NCBI RefSeq assembly: GCF_018350175.1
Contig: NC_058368.1
Span: 114,454,001 to 114,518,000, forward strand
From: Felis catus
Lineage: Eukaryota
DNA: 64,000 nucleotides
Direction of reading: 5' to 3'
Position numbers and translations under genes: made by a program. Under the pieces are notes generated by a model that saw only the letters and a program-made list of their open reading frames with translations, was not told where the DNA came from and ran no database searches. Shown piece after piece: positions 28,600-39,975 of this stretch; position 1 is the first letter of the stretch, and the number at the start of each line of letters is the position of its first letter.

Positions 28600-29157
28600 T
28601 ATGATCCAAGGGGCTGGGGATACTCCAGGACAGTAGCAGAAAGAAAGCAAAACCCAAATGTTCCGTCTCCTGAGGCTCAAATGCTCTGATGGATCCCCAG
28701 GTAGGGTAGGCACTAGGTTCCTATATCCCATTCAGAGGAGGAGACAAGGGGGTAGGAGTCTTGCACCAGCCTTCCTTACAATGGGGACTGTCTTTCTATG
28801 CTGCCTCAGAACATCCAGCCCTGCCTACCTGGAGAATGCAATAGATAATGACTGATTTGTTAGAGCCTGGGTGATTCTGGTGGGCAAGAGGAAAGGATTA
28901 TAAGAGAGACTGGTAGAGATGGTCTCCACCAGAAGATATGGCTAAATCATGGTCACCAAGTCCTAAGGAAGGGCTGAGGAGGGAATGAGTCAGTTTCAAC
29001 GATGGCCCCATGTGGAGTCAGTTGGATATGCAGTATGGACTGAGGGTCGCCATGTTGTTTACTGCACCTCCTTCCTGATGCCGCTCTTTCCTTACCCCTT
29101 ACAGGCTGAAGGTCAGGCTGGTGTGGTAGAGGGGAGAGGGGCCCAGGGGAAGTCCAG

Positions 29158-29247
29158 CTACCAGAGGCTCAGGAGAAGAATCAAAGTAAGTGTACAGGAG
29201 AAAAGAGAGGGCACCCAGGGCTGTGGCATCAGAGCAGGATTTTTGTT
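29158..29247 (-). CDS. GFRA3: GFRA3 coding exon 8 (NKNPALMPQPWVPSLFSCTLTLILLLSLW*, GPI-anchor signal)
   Basis: Acceptor ctacag|AACAA; TAG stop at 29160-29158; hydrophobic C-terminus; the eight exons sum to 1188 nt = 395 aa + stop. Confidence 0.95.
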   Translation of the reverse strand, partial: NKNPALMPQPWVPSLFSCTLTLILLLSLW

Positions 29248-29453
29248 CTGTAGAAGAAATGGAATGGAGTCAGCTCCACCCCCTTCACCACTTTGGCATC
29301 AGTCAAAGCCTTCCCCCCCCCCCACCCCTGATGTGTCCATTAGAGATCTATAGTATTCATGACCACAGTGAGGTCACCTCATCTGTCCCCTTGTCTGGGT
29401 TTCCCCCAGCTAGACCAGTAAAGGTAGGAGGTGTGTAATAAAGGAGACCCTAC

Positions 29454-29542
29454 CTGGCGTTCCTTCACGGAAAAGGTAGAGTCTGCCCAGTCCTGGGAGA
29501 AGAGTTGGCTGTGAAAACGCATCTTAGCTGCAATGGCCTCCA
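29454..29542 (-). CDS. GFRA3: GFRA3 coding exon 7 (MEAIAAKMRFHSQLFSQDWADSTFSVKERQ)
   Basis: Acceptor ctcag|TGGAG, donor CAG|GTAGGG; 89 nt. Confidence 0.94.
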
Positions 29543-29882
29543 CTGAGGAGAGGAGAGAAGGTAAACAGAAGCGGGCATATGTTGGAGATCTCTTAGGCTC
29601 CCATGAAAGAAAAGGGAATGTCTTAGGGACCCTGGCATATGGCAGGATGGGTAGGAATGGGATATTGTTTCATTCTGCTTGCTTATTCCTAAAGCTGAAG
29701 AGTGTCCCTGGGGCCAAGACAGGTTGAACAGGAAGCTTGAGGGGTCACCAGGGAGTCAGAGGGGGCTGCTCTGTCTGCAGGAGATGGATGGAACCAGTGT
29801 GGACCACAGAGCTGACCCTTTTCCTCAAACTGGGTCCAGCTGATCCAATCCTGGGGGCTGGGAGCAGGTGTAATGCACTCAC

Positions 29883-30017
29883 TGAGGCAGGAGTTGTGGG
29901 AGAAGGACTCTTCCAGCTGTTCACACTCTTCCTGCCGGTTGCCACTGCCTCGACAGGTGCAGCTTAAGGCAACACTGATGTTGACATTGCTGACAAAGTT
30001 GGGAGTCATGGCAGTCC
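29883..30017 (-). CDS. GFRA3: GFRA3 coding exon 6 (GTAMTPNFVSNVNISVALSCTCRGSGNRQEECEQLEESFSHNSCL)
   Basis: Acceptor cacag|GGACT, donor TCA|GTGAGT; 135 nt; MTPNF and C-x-C-x-GSGN motifs of GFR-alpha domain 3. Confidence 0.96.
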
Positions 30018-30182
30018 CTGTGGGGTGAATAAAGCACTGTCAGGGCCTAGGCCACCCAAACTTCAGCCCCCACTCTCTGCCACCTGTCTCAGGACCACCC
30101 CATCTGGGTTCAGTCTCCAGAGGATTCTCACCCCCCGGAGTAGCCACCCTGTGGGCTCCCTTCATATGGCCCCCAGCCTCAC

Positions 30183-30286
30183 CAATCAGCCCCATGTATG
30201 CTCGCAGACATCTGGACTGCTCTGTTGCACAGGTCCCTAGGATGTCCAAAGGATGGCAGTGGGTCTGGAAATCCACCAGGCGAGAT
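30183..30286 (-). CDS. GFRA3: GFRA3 coding exon 5 (SRLVDFQTHCHPLDILGTCATEQSRCLRAYMGLI)
   Basis: Acceptor ttccag|ATCTC, donor TTG|GTGAGG; 104 nt; frame consistent with neighbouring exons. Confidence 0.96.
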
Positions 30287-32297
30287 CTGGAAGAAGGGAA
30301 ATTTCAAGAGTCCCCATTGAGGGTCTGGTCTGCAGCCTTCACCCTTGCTCCCCTTTAGATGACAGACCCATCTTCATGCCAAATCCTCCTTTGCATTCAG
30401 GGCATGGTCCAGGGCTTCCCCCTCAGTGAAGCCTGTTTCTATCACAATTAAGGGCACGATCACCCCAGTCCCAAAGCATGCCACTCTGAATTTGGGCTCC
30501 ACAATCCCTAGGTATGAGATTTCAGGCAGCTTCTTTAACCTCAGTTTTGTCAACTATGAATAGAAATGAAAACAGTACTTCCTCATGGGTTTTTGTGAGG
30601 ATGAGGTAAGAGACTGCATGTACAGCATTTAGCATAGTTGTTGGTACATATGAAATGTTCGTTAAATGTTAAAGACTGTTATTATTAACATTGATCCTAC
30701 AATAGGTAAGGCTGGTTATCTTCAGATGATACAATTACAAGTATGTTTTTCTGTACATATTTCTGCAATTTTCCTTATGTTTTGCCTTTTGTTGGATAGG
30801 TGGTTTATTTCTCTGTCACGCTCACCCAAAAGCAAACTCCTTGAAGGAAAGGACAGTATCTTAGTCATCCAGACCAGCACTTGTTATGTGATAGTAATAG
30901 CTATCAGCAACACAATAGGCAGTCTACAGAGCAGTTAGGCCAGACTCCAGGCCAGACTTCTTCATTCCAGACCTCATTCAGTAACCTGACTTACTACCTG
31001 GATGAGTCTCAACAAGCTATTTAAACATTCTCTGCTATGGTTTCTTCTCTGTAAAATGCAGATGATAAAAAAACAACAGCACCATCTATCTTGTAAGGTT
31101 TACATGAGTTAATACATACTAAGTACCTAAAACAGTACCTAGCCCATAGTGAGTACTCACTAAGTGTTGGTGTTATGATGATTGAGAGCTTTTATGTAGT
31201 ATTTTACAGAAGAAGGAAGTGGAGCTCAGAGAGGTTAAATAACTTTGCCCAAGGTTACGGAGAAATAAGGGGTAGAACCAGGCTGCAAAATAAGTGACTC
31301 TCACTGTCAACGAATTCTACTTGAGTGGATGATAACTTCAATTTGGTGAATGTTTTGTCCTGAGAAGGCAGAGGAAAGCCAGGTCAGAATTTCAAATTAT
31401 CTGGACAATACATATCAAACACCTTACCAACAGTTGTGTACTTTGATTTGGTAATGGCAGTTATGGCCACACAACCTAAGTAATAGTTAGATTTGTGCAC
31501 AAAGATTAATGAACAAGTGATATTTACTGCATTATTTATAGCAATAAAAAAAGCAACCTAAACATCCAACAATTGAGGAAGGATTAAATAAAGTATGGGG
31601 CATCCATAAAATGGAATGCAATGTAGGCATTTAAAAATCAAGTTGCCAAAAGGACAGTGAAACACAAAATAAGCACCCACCATTTATTGAGCACTTATTC
31701 TGCACCAGTAAGCTAAGCACTCTACATAAATTATGTAATTTAACGCTCACCAGAATCCCATGAGGTCTGTATTATTATCCCACTTTTTACGGAGGACTCA
31801 GAGGAACGTTAGGTTAAGTGATGGAATTTTAGCTTAAAGTGACGGGGCTCAAAATCGAACAGCGCCAAGATTTAAATTCACATCTGTCTGACCTCAGAGC
31901 CTGTCTTCACCACTGTTCCCTGCTGCCTCCATGGAAAAATGCTCAGGAGATACGCACATAAGTGAAAAAAAAAAAAAGAAGGTACAAATATATTTCTAGA
32001 AAATCCAGTTTTGTTTATGGGTATACAAAAAAGACTGGAAGGAAACGCTCCCAAAAGTATGTACATTATCTTCAGGTGATGGATTCTTATGGATTTTATA
32101 CGTTTTATATTTTCTGAAGTTTTTACACAAAGGAAAACAATTTTTTTTGATCACAGGGTTTTCAGAAAATACTACAGGGTGAAGTCAGTCCACGGCCTCT
32201 GGGGGGCAAGCCCAGCTCTGCACAGGAAAGCACCCATAAGGAGTGGCGTGCACTGCGCCCTTACCGACACCCAGCCCTCCCGCCCTGGCACCGGCAC

Positions 32298-32610
32298 CTG
32301 CACAGCGGGTCAGCGACGCAGAGGCTCTGTAGCTCCAGGCAGTTGGGGGCCCCAGACGGCAGAGCGCAGCTGGGAGCGATGGTGTTGCGCCGGCGTTGCC
32401 CGCAGCCCTGGTCGGCCGGTGCGCAGGGGCACAACAGGAGGCCCTGAGCGTGGGGCTCCGAAGCCTTCTCGAAGAAGGCGCGGAGCTGACGGAGGCAGGT
32501 GTGGCGCTGGCAGCGGGATCCCGAGCACGCTTCCCCATAGGCCTTGCGCAGCCGATCACACTTATCATTAAGAGTACATAGCATGGCAAACTTGAGGCAG
32601 AGGTCTGAGT
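32298..32610 (-). CDS. GFRA3: GFRA3 coding exon 4 (domain 2: DSDLCLKFAMLCTLNDKCDRLRKAYGEAC...RRRNTIAP...DPLCR)
   Basis: Acceptor ccgcag|ACTCA, donor CAG|GTGCCG; 313 nt; RRR triad typical of GFR-alpha domain 2; CpG-rich exon. Confidence 0.96.
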
Positions 32611-33912
32611 CTGCGGGGATAAGGGCACCAAGTCACCAGTCCCCTCTGCAAACGTGCAGCCCAGTTTTGCCAGGAACCCCTGCAAACCTCGGATTTAACA
32701 AGGACGGTGGTGGGGGTAGGAGGAAAGGTAGGACTCCCTGGAATAAGTCCACTGCGAATCCTAGACTTTCCCTCTAGCCATAAACTATATCTGGTATTTG
32801 TGAGCTTCCCCCATCCTACTCCTCAGCTTTCCTATGTGTTAAAAAAATAATAAAATAAAATAAAATAAAATAAATAAAATAAAATAGGTCATATACATAT
32901 CTTACACTCATTTACCTAGACTTGAAGTGGCCAGAAAGCTCAAATAACCAAAACCCTTTCCTCAATCCTATGGTGGATTGAAGTCTCATGGTGGAAATCA
33001 TCATCTAGAGGCCCTACAACATTCTAAAGCACTTTCTGAACTGTCCAAAACATATGCAACTAAATTCTGCTGAGGATTTTTGTTTGGTTTTGCATCTATT
33101 TGGCCCATTTTTAATATTACCTGTCTGCCTTTAATGATTGATGCATGCATAAAAGTTCCCTGTGCTCTGAGGCTGGGGAAATTATGGTGATATTTTTATT
33201 GACAACATTCCAGCAGTCAGAACAATGGAGTAAATGGAACAGGTTATTCCCAGATTCCTTATAAGTAAGTGTTTATGCATAAATCTCTACACTTTTCTCT
33301 CAAAATAGTAATTCCAATATACAGGACTAACTGTACAACAAAGCTCCTATCTTTCTCAAAAAGTGAGTGTCTGTGTGTGTGTGCCTTTCCAATTAACACA
33401 AGAGCCTCACTTTCCAAAAAAAAAAAATGCATTTTAGTCCTTGCCAGACTGATGGCTCCCCACCCTGAGTAACCCCTGAGCAGTCACATTCTTTCTCACC
33501 ATTTTCCCTGCCCAACACCTCACCCATCCCATTAAAATGGTATGAAAACAAGCAATTTCCTAGTCTTCAGGGACAAAAAGCTACTTTCCTGGCTGCCTCG
33601 AATGAGGGTAACTACTTTATTTCAGCATTTTTTTTTTCTGGGACTGCTGCCACTCCATCAAACGCTTTGTAGAGACCCACCTTTTGGAACCAAGGAGCCC
33701 TAATGGCCTCCCTATTAACTATTTGTTGACATATAAGACCACAAATGCTCACAGCTCAGACTTCCACCCCGACACAATGCTTCTTTAGTTACGTGGCAGG
33801 CTAGAACTCTCTCCCAACACGCCCTCCGTCTGGCTTGTGTTCCCCATCAGTCACCCTTCCTTCAGGGTCCAGGTCCATCCCTCATGTCCCAACCTCAGAC
33901 TGCCCTCCACAC

Positions 33913-34005
33913 CTGGTTTGAGCATGTTCAGTTTGCGGAGATTCATTTTCCAGGGTTCTCGGGTCACGGTGTCTTCATAGGGGGAGACATCCAGTTCATA
34001 GTCAC
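33913..34005 (-). CDS. GFRA3: GFRA3 coding exon 3 (GDYELDVSPYEDTVTREPWKMNLRKLNMLKP)
   Basis: Acceptor tctag|GTGAC, donor CAG|GTGTGG; 93 nt, phase 1-1; contains the conserved SPYE motif of GFR-alphas. Confidence 0.96.
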
Positions 34006-34405
34006 CTAGAGACAAGGTGATAAGAATCCTGAGGACCAGATTGGAGGGTGGGAACAGGAAGGGCTGTGGGCTCCTTAAGGGGACATAATAGATCATAAAG
34101 TCACTGCATAGCTCATAGACACAGTAGGTACTCAATAAATGTTGGCTAATCTTGTTGGAAGAGAAGGATGAAAGAGTGCAAAGTGTCACCCAGTTTGCCT
34201 TTGAGAATGCATCTATAGGGAGGAAGAAATATGGATGAGGTCAAGCAAGTAGGAAAGGATGGTCTGGATATCTGGGAAGCCCTGAAAGCTCCCAAGGGGA
34301 AAGGCAAGAAGACAAGAGGATCTAGGGAGAAGTCTCTGGGGAAGTCCTGAAAGAGAACTGATTAGGATGAGGAGTGGAAAACAGGGAACAAAAAGGGTGG
34401 TAAAT

Positions 34406-36880
34406 TGCATTACTGTTTCCAGCTATTTGCTAGCTACCCACCCTATGAGAAGATTATACACACACACCCCCACCTCAGTTGCCATGTGACTTTCAGGGCC
34501 CCTATGAGAGGAGTATACTTCCACACCCTACTATAAGGATTGCCCATGTGATTTGCTTTGGCTCGTGGATTGTGAGCTGAAGTGACATAAATCACATCTG
34601 AGCAGAAGCTTTAAGAACCATCACATGGTCTTGCTGCTGCTCTTTTCCCTCTAGCAGCCTGGATCATCAAATGAAGAAGACAGGTAGAGCAAAGACAAAT
34701 CCCACTCAAGGAAGCCCACAGCCGATGTGTAACATGAACAAAAATTAAACTTTTTTTCTAGGAGGCCAGATATGTGGGGGTTGGTTGGTTATTACTGCAG
34801 TATAACCTGGCAAATTCTTATTAAAAATGTAATTGGTGGGGTTGTCTGGGTGGCTCAGTCGGTTAAGCATCTGACTCTTGATCTCAGCTCAGGTCTTGAT
34901 CTCAGGGTCATGAGTGTAAGCCCCATGTTGGGTTCCACACTGGGCATGGAGCCTACTTAAAAAAATAAATTAAATAAAAATTAAAATTAAAAAATTTTAA
35001 TTGGTATCTAGAAATGAGTGCTGCAGTAACAAAAAAAAATCTAAGATCTAAGATCTAAAAATCTAAAATTTTATTGGCTTTAGGACTGGGCAGTGAGTGG
35101 ATGTAAATAAGCTGTTCCTGAAGTATGAAAAATGGCAGTCCTCAATATGCAGTGGGAAAGCATTTGGGAAAACTGTTGCCTGCAATAACTTGGAAGGAAG
35201 ATGTTATATTGAATGAGCTTGTGCTTTAAGGAAAAGAAGCTGAGAAGCAGAAGGTTACTAGTATGTCTTCTTTTTTTAATTTTTAAATGTTTATTTATTT
35301 TTGAGAGACAAGAGTGTAAGTGGGGGAGGGGCAGAGAGAGAGAAGGAGACAGAATTTGAAGTAGGCTCCAGGCTCCCAACTGTTCCAAGCTGTCAGCACA
35401 GAGCCCAATGTGGGACACGAACTCACGAACTAAAAGATCATGACCTGAGCCCAAGTCAGGAGCTTAACTGACTGAGCCACCCAGGTGCCCCTTTACTAAT
35501 ATGTCTTGATTGCCACTGGCTGCATTTTGCAAAGTACTACAAGAAAGTTAAGCTCAGAGAAGAATTGATCAGTTTGCAAATAGGAAAAAGAAAAGAAAAA
35601 ATCCAGAAATTTCAGGATTTGCAGGATTAAGAGATGGAACTGTTTTTCATATTCAAATATTAAAATATAAAATTAAAAAAATGCTTTGAGTAATAAGGTC
35701 CATTAAGACTCAGCCTTGGGGCAAAGACCAATTCAAGTATATGGCTATCATGCCCTTTGTGGAGATCTCTCAATGATTAAGATGGTATCAATAAATCCTG
35801 CCAGTTATGCTCAGGGAAAAAAGACTAGGGTAGTGGCTCTCCCTCTGATAAGAGCAAGATACTTCTAATTAAGTCTAGAAAGAGATATATGTCTTGAAAA
35901 GAATTATAGGGAAGGCTACTGGCACCAGAGGTGACAGAAACCAAAGATATAAAAAAAGCAATTATGTTTTGAGAAAGGTGTACTGCTAAGAGCCACCAGC
36001 GAGGATTCAAATAGACTCTACTGGAGACTTAAAATGCCCCAACATTTCTCAGGTAGGCAGCAAGCTGAGAATGCTGTTCACTCCTCAAAGAGGTGAGAGT
36101 CTCCAATATCCTTCTCAGATATGGCCAAAGAAACCTGTCATGGGTAGGGGACTGGGCCAAGAGCCCTGAAGAACAACAGATAAAGCAACTGTCCCAGGGA
36201 GCAAAAGCAGGGCCTTATTAAAGAGCAATTCCTACTCACAGGGAAGATGGCCCTTAGACAACAATTTGTGCAGAGGACTTCAGAACAGCTATGAAGTAAT
36301 GTCTGCTGTGTGCTTCTCATTCCTCCTCTTTCTGAGAGTGTTTGTGGTGGTTCTCCAGTCCCTGTTCCACTGATGTATACTGAGAATATGTTGGAGGCAG
36401 GCAGATGACTGGTCCTTTTTGTCCACAGTTAACTAGATCAAGGGGAGTCCTATCCCCACCTGATAAAGAAATTATCACAAGATCCTAGTCTGGAAGCCTG
36501 CTATACTATTTGGATAGAACTCTTAGGTTTCCACACTTACTGCCATGTGATTTTCAGGGTCTCCTGTGGGAAGAGTATACTCCCCCTCACCAGGGATTCA
36601 GGCTTGGCCATGTGATCTGCTTTGTTTGTGGAATGTGAGCGTTAGTATTTTATGTAACATCTGAGTAGCTTTTAAAGGCATCATTTGCTTCTGCCATTAC
36701 CCATTTCCCTCTGCCATGAGAAAAGAACATTCCAGATGGAGGCCGTACCTTCAGCCAGGATCCCAGAATGAAGAAGATATATGAAATAGTTAACACAGAA
36801 CATGAGCAAGAATGAAAACTTTGTTTTACAAAACACTGTTTTGTTACTGCAGCACAGTCCAGTAAAAGCTGACTAATACA
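34406..36880 (+). mobile_element. MaLR element with LTR-internal-LTR structure in GFRA3 intron 2
   Basis: Two diverged LTR copies (TGCCATGTGACTTTCAGGG...GAGTATACT at about 34480; TGCCATGTGATTTTCAGGG...GAGTATACT at 36541) flank an MLT1-int-like segment; two SINEs inserted. Confidence 0.7.
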
Positions 36881-37383
36881 GAGAGGCGTCTCTGGAAAGA
36901 GTCAGAGGAAGCTCCTCTCTTTGGCTCTTCCAGTCCTTCTCTCTCACTATCTTCTGTCTGGTTAACGAGTATCCTTTCTGTTAAAGGCAGGACCAGGATG
37001 CTGTTTCCCACTCTCTCTGAATTAATGGATTATGTTGTATTTGGAATCTGTGTACGGATTAAGACCATTTTCCTCCACCTTTTCTCCATACACTTCTGTC
37101 CCAGGAGCTCCCCAGGTTGGGCCACAGTCTGGTTCAGAGCTCTGCCAAGAGGCAGCTACATGTTGCCAGGTAGGAAAGGGGGAAGTAGGAAGAAGAGAGA
37201 GGAGCACTGTGGGCGCCCAAAAGAATACTGCCAATTCCTCCCTCTACTTCTTGTAGATGTCAAGTGCAGAGCTTCATTACCATCCCAGCCAGAATCTACC
37301 ATGCAGCCTATATCCTGTAGGATTAAACAACCACCCAAGAGCCATCTTCCTTAGCTTAGTCCACTCTATGAGGGGGGCCTCAC

Positions 37384-37671
37384 CAAAGCTGCGGGCAAGG
37401 TGAATGGTCCAGTAAATGTCCAGGCAGGCAACTTGGTTCTTCATGCGCCGATGGCATGTGCAGCTCATCAGAGAGCTATTCCTGAGGTGCTTTGCTGCCT
37501 CCCTGCAGTCCTCAGGGACCAAAAGTTCCTGTGTGGGTGACGGGGTGCTTATACTAGAGGTGCAGGAATTCAGGTGGTGGTAGGCAGCACTGCAAACAGG
37601 ATCGGCCTGGCACTTCCTCCTGGCCTGAATACAGCTGTTCATGAGCCGGCCCTCTATAGGGAGAGGGTCTG
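37384..37671 (-). CDS. GFRA3: GFRA3 coding exon 2 (domain 1: ADPLPIEGRLMNSCIQARRKCQADPVC...HLARSF)
   Basis: Cys-rich GFR-alpha domain; acceptor ccacag|CAGAC, donor TTG|GTGAGG; 288 nt, phase 1-1. Confidence 0.96.
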
Positions 37672-38964
37672 CTGTGGAGGAAGAGAGACCAGGTGAGGCT
37701 CACATAAGGTCAGAGCAGCTGCCTGGGAGTAACAAGGTGTGAGGTAGAGTAGAGGATTCAAGATGAAACCTTGGGCAGGAAAGTCTTGGGGTGGCACAGA
37801 GGCCTTTAGGAATAAGTGGAGAGAAAAGCCCAGTAGGAGTAAAGAATCTGCAGCTGTCACAATCTGGACAGAATAGATGAGGCCCAAGAAGAGGTGGATT
37901 TGAAGAGAGGCTGCTCAGCCTCCTAACAGAAGGAGGGGGACTGTTGTCTGAAGCTGAGCCTGATATGACCCTGCCAGGCACAGGGAAGAGGGCCCTTGGC
38001 AGAGCAATGCACAGGCAGGGCTAGTATAATAACCAGAGAGTTGACAATGTGCATGGGAGTGCTAAATGAGAGTCAGCTACAACTCTGAGGCTTCCATTAA
38101 AAGTCACCTTAAAATACCTTTACGGGGGAACTGTTTGGTGCTGGTGTTGGGGAACTTTTGCTGATTCTGTCACTCAATAATACCGATGTTGGTTTATAGG
38201 TCAACCTGTGGATCTTCCCTACATCCTAGGACTTAGCATCCTTGTCAAAAGGTAGCCATCATGCTGCCAGTTTTGCAAGGCAAAACATCTAAGAGTCATT
38301 TTTAATTCTTCTCTTTCCTTCATATCCTATGTTCAATCCAGTAAGTCCTGCCAACTCCACAATATATCAGGACGCTGTCCACCTCTCTCCACATCTATCA
38401 CCACATGCTCAAACCACCATCAGCTTTTGTCTGAACTACTGCCAAGACTCCTTATTGGTCTCCTTGATTCTATCCTCCAAATTCATTCTCCCATACCATT
38501 CAGCCATACTTTTTTTGTTTTGTTTTCCAGCTTTAGTGAAATTTAATGGACATAAAACATCGTGTAGGTTTTAGGTGGGCAACATGATGATTTGATTTAC
38601 ATATATATTGTGAAGTGATCAAGACAATAAGATTAGTTAATATATCCTTTACCTTGCATAACTAACATTTTGCTGTTGTAGCCAACTTTCTTTAAAAAAT
38701 TTTTTAATGTTTATTTTATTTTTGAGAGAGCGAGAGAATGAGCACACAAGCAGGGGAGGGGCAGAGAGAGAGGGAGACACAGAATCCGAAGCAGGCTCCA
38801 AGCTCTAAACTGTCAGCACAGAGCCTGACTTGGGACTTGAACTCATGAACCACGAGATCATGACCTGAGCCCAAGTCAGAGCTTAACTGACTGAGCCACC
38901 TACGCACCCGCAGCCATCTTTTTTAATGACATTTTTTTTTTTTTTTTACACGTTGGAAACCATT

Positions 38965-39975
38965 CCCATTGAGATAAAATTCATACAACATAAAATTAAC
39001 CATCTTAAAAGGGCATAATTAAGTGGCATTCAGTACATTCATAATGTTGTACAACAATCGCTTCTAATTCCAATATATTTTCATGACCCCAAAAGGAAAC
39101 CCATACCCATTAAATAGTCACTCTCCCTTTTCCAACCTCTCTAGTCCCTGGCAACCACTAATCTGCTTTGTCTCTACAGATACCTATTCTAGATATTTTA
39201 TGTAAATAGAATCATAAAATATGTAATATTTTGTATCTGGCTTCTTTCACCTAACATATTGCTTTTTTTTAAAGTTTATTTATTTTGAGAGAGAGCACAT
39301 GCATGCATAAACAGGGAAGGGGCAGACAGATGGGAAGAGAGAGAATCTCAAGCAGGTTCAACCACAGTGAGGACCCTGATGTAGTGCTCGAACCCATAAA
39401 CTGTGAAATCATGAGCTGAGCCAAAATCGAGAGTTGGATGCTTAACCAACTGAGTCACCCAGGTACCCCTAACATATTGCTTTTTGAGGTTCATTCACAT
39501 TACAGCGTGTATCACTACTTCATTCTTTTTTATGTATGGGTAAGATTTCATTGTATGGATATCCCATATTTTATCAGTCCATCAGTTGGTGGACATTAGG
39601 GTTGTTTCCATGCTTTGGTTATTGTGAATAATGCTTCTGTGAACATCCATGTACAAGTATTTGCTTGAATTCCTGCATAAAATTCTTTTAGGTGTACACC
39701 TATGAGTGAAATTTCTGGGTCGTATGGTAATTCTATGTTTAACTTTGTGAAGAATCGCCAAATTGTTTTTCACAGTGGCTGCACCATTTTTCATTCCCAT
39801 TAGCAATGTACAAAGGTTCCAATTTGTCAATTCTTATTTTCCTTTTTTTTTTTTTTAACCAGCCATCCTTATGGATGTGAGATAGTATATTACTGTGGTT
39901 TTCATTTGTATTTCCCTAAAAACTAATGATGTTGAGCATATTTTCATGTGTTTGGTAGTCATTTGTATATCATGT
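38965..39975 (-). mobile_element. Old L1 3' region, interrupted by a SINE
   Basis: Antisense L1 phrases (ggcaaccactaatctgctttgtctct, gtgaataatgcttctgtgaacatcc, catttgtatttccct). Confidence 0.75.

Noticed and set aside
32089..32685. Overlapping 160- and 166-aa ORFs in other frames and on the other strand
   Set aside because: Shadows of the GC-rich GFRA3 exon 4.
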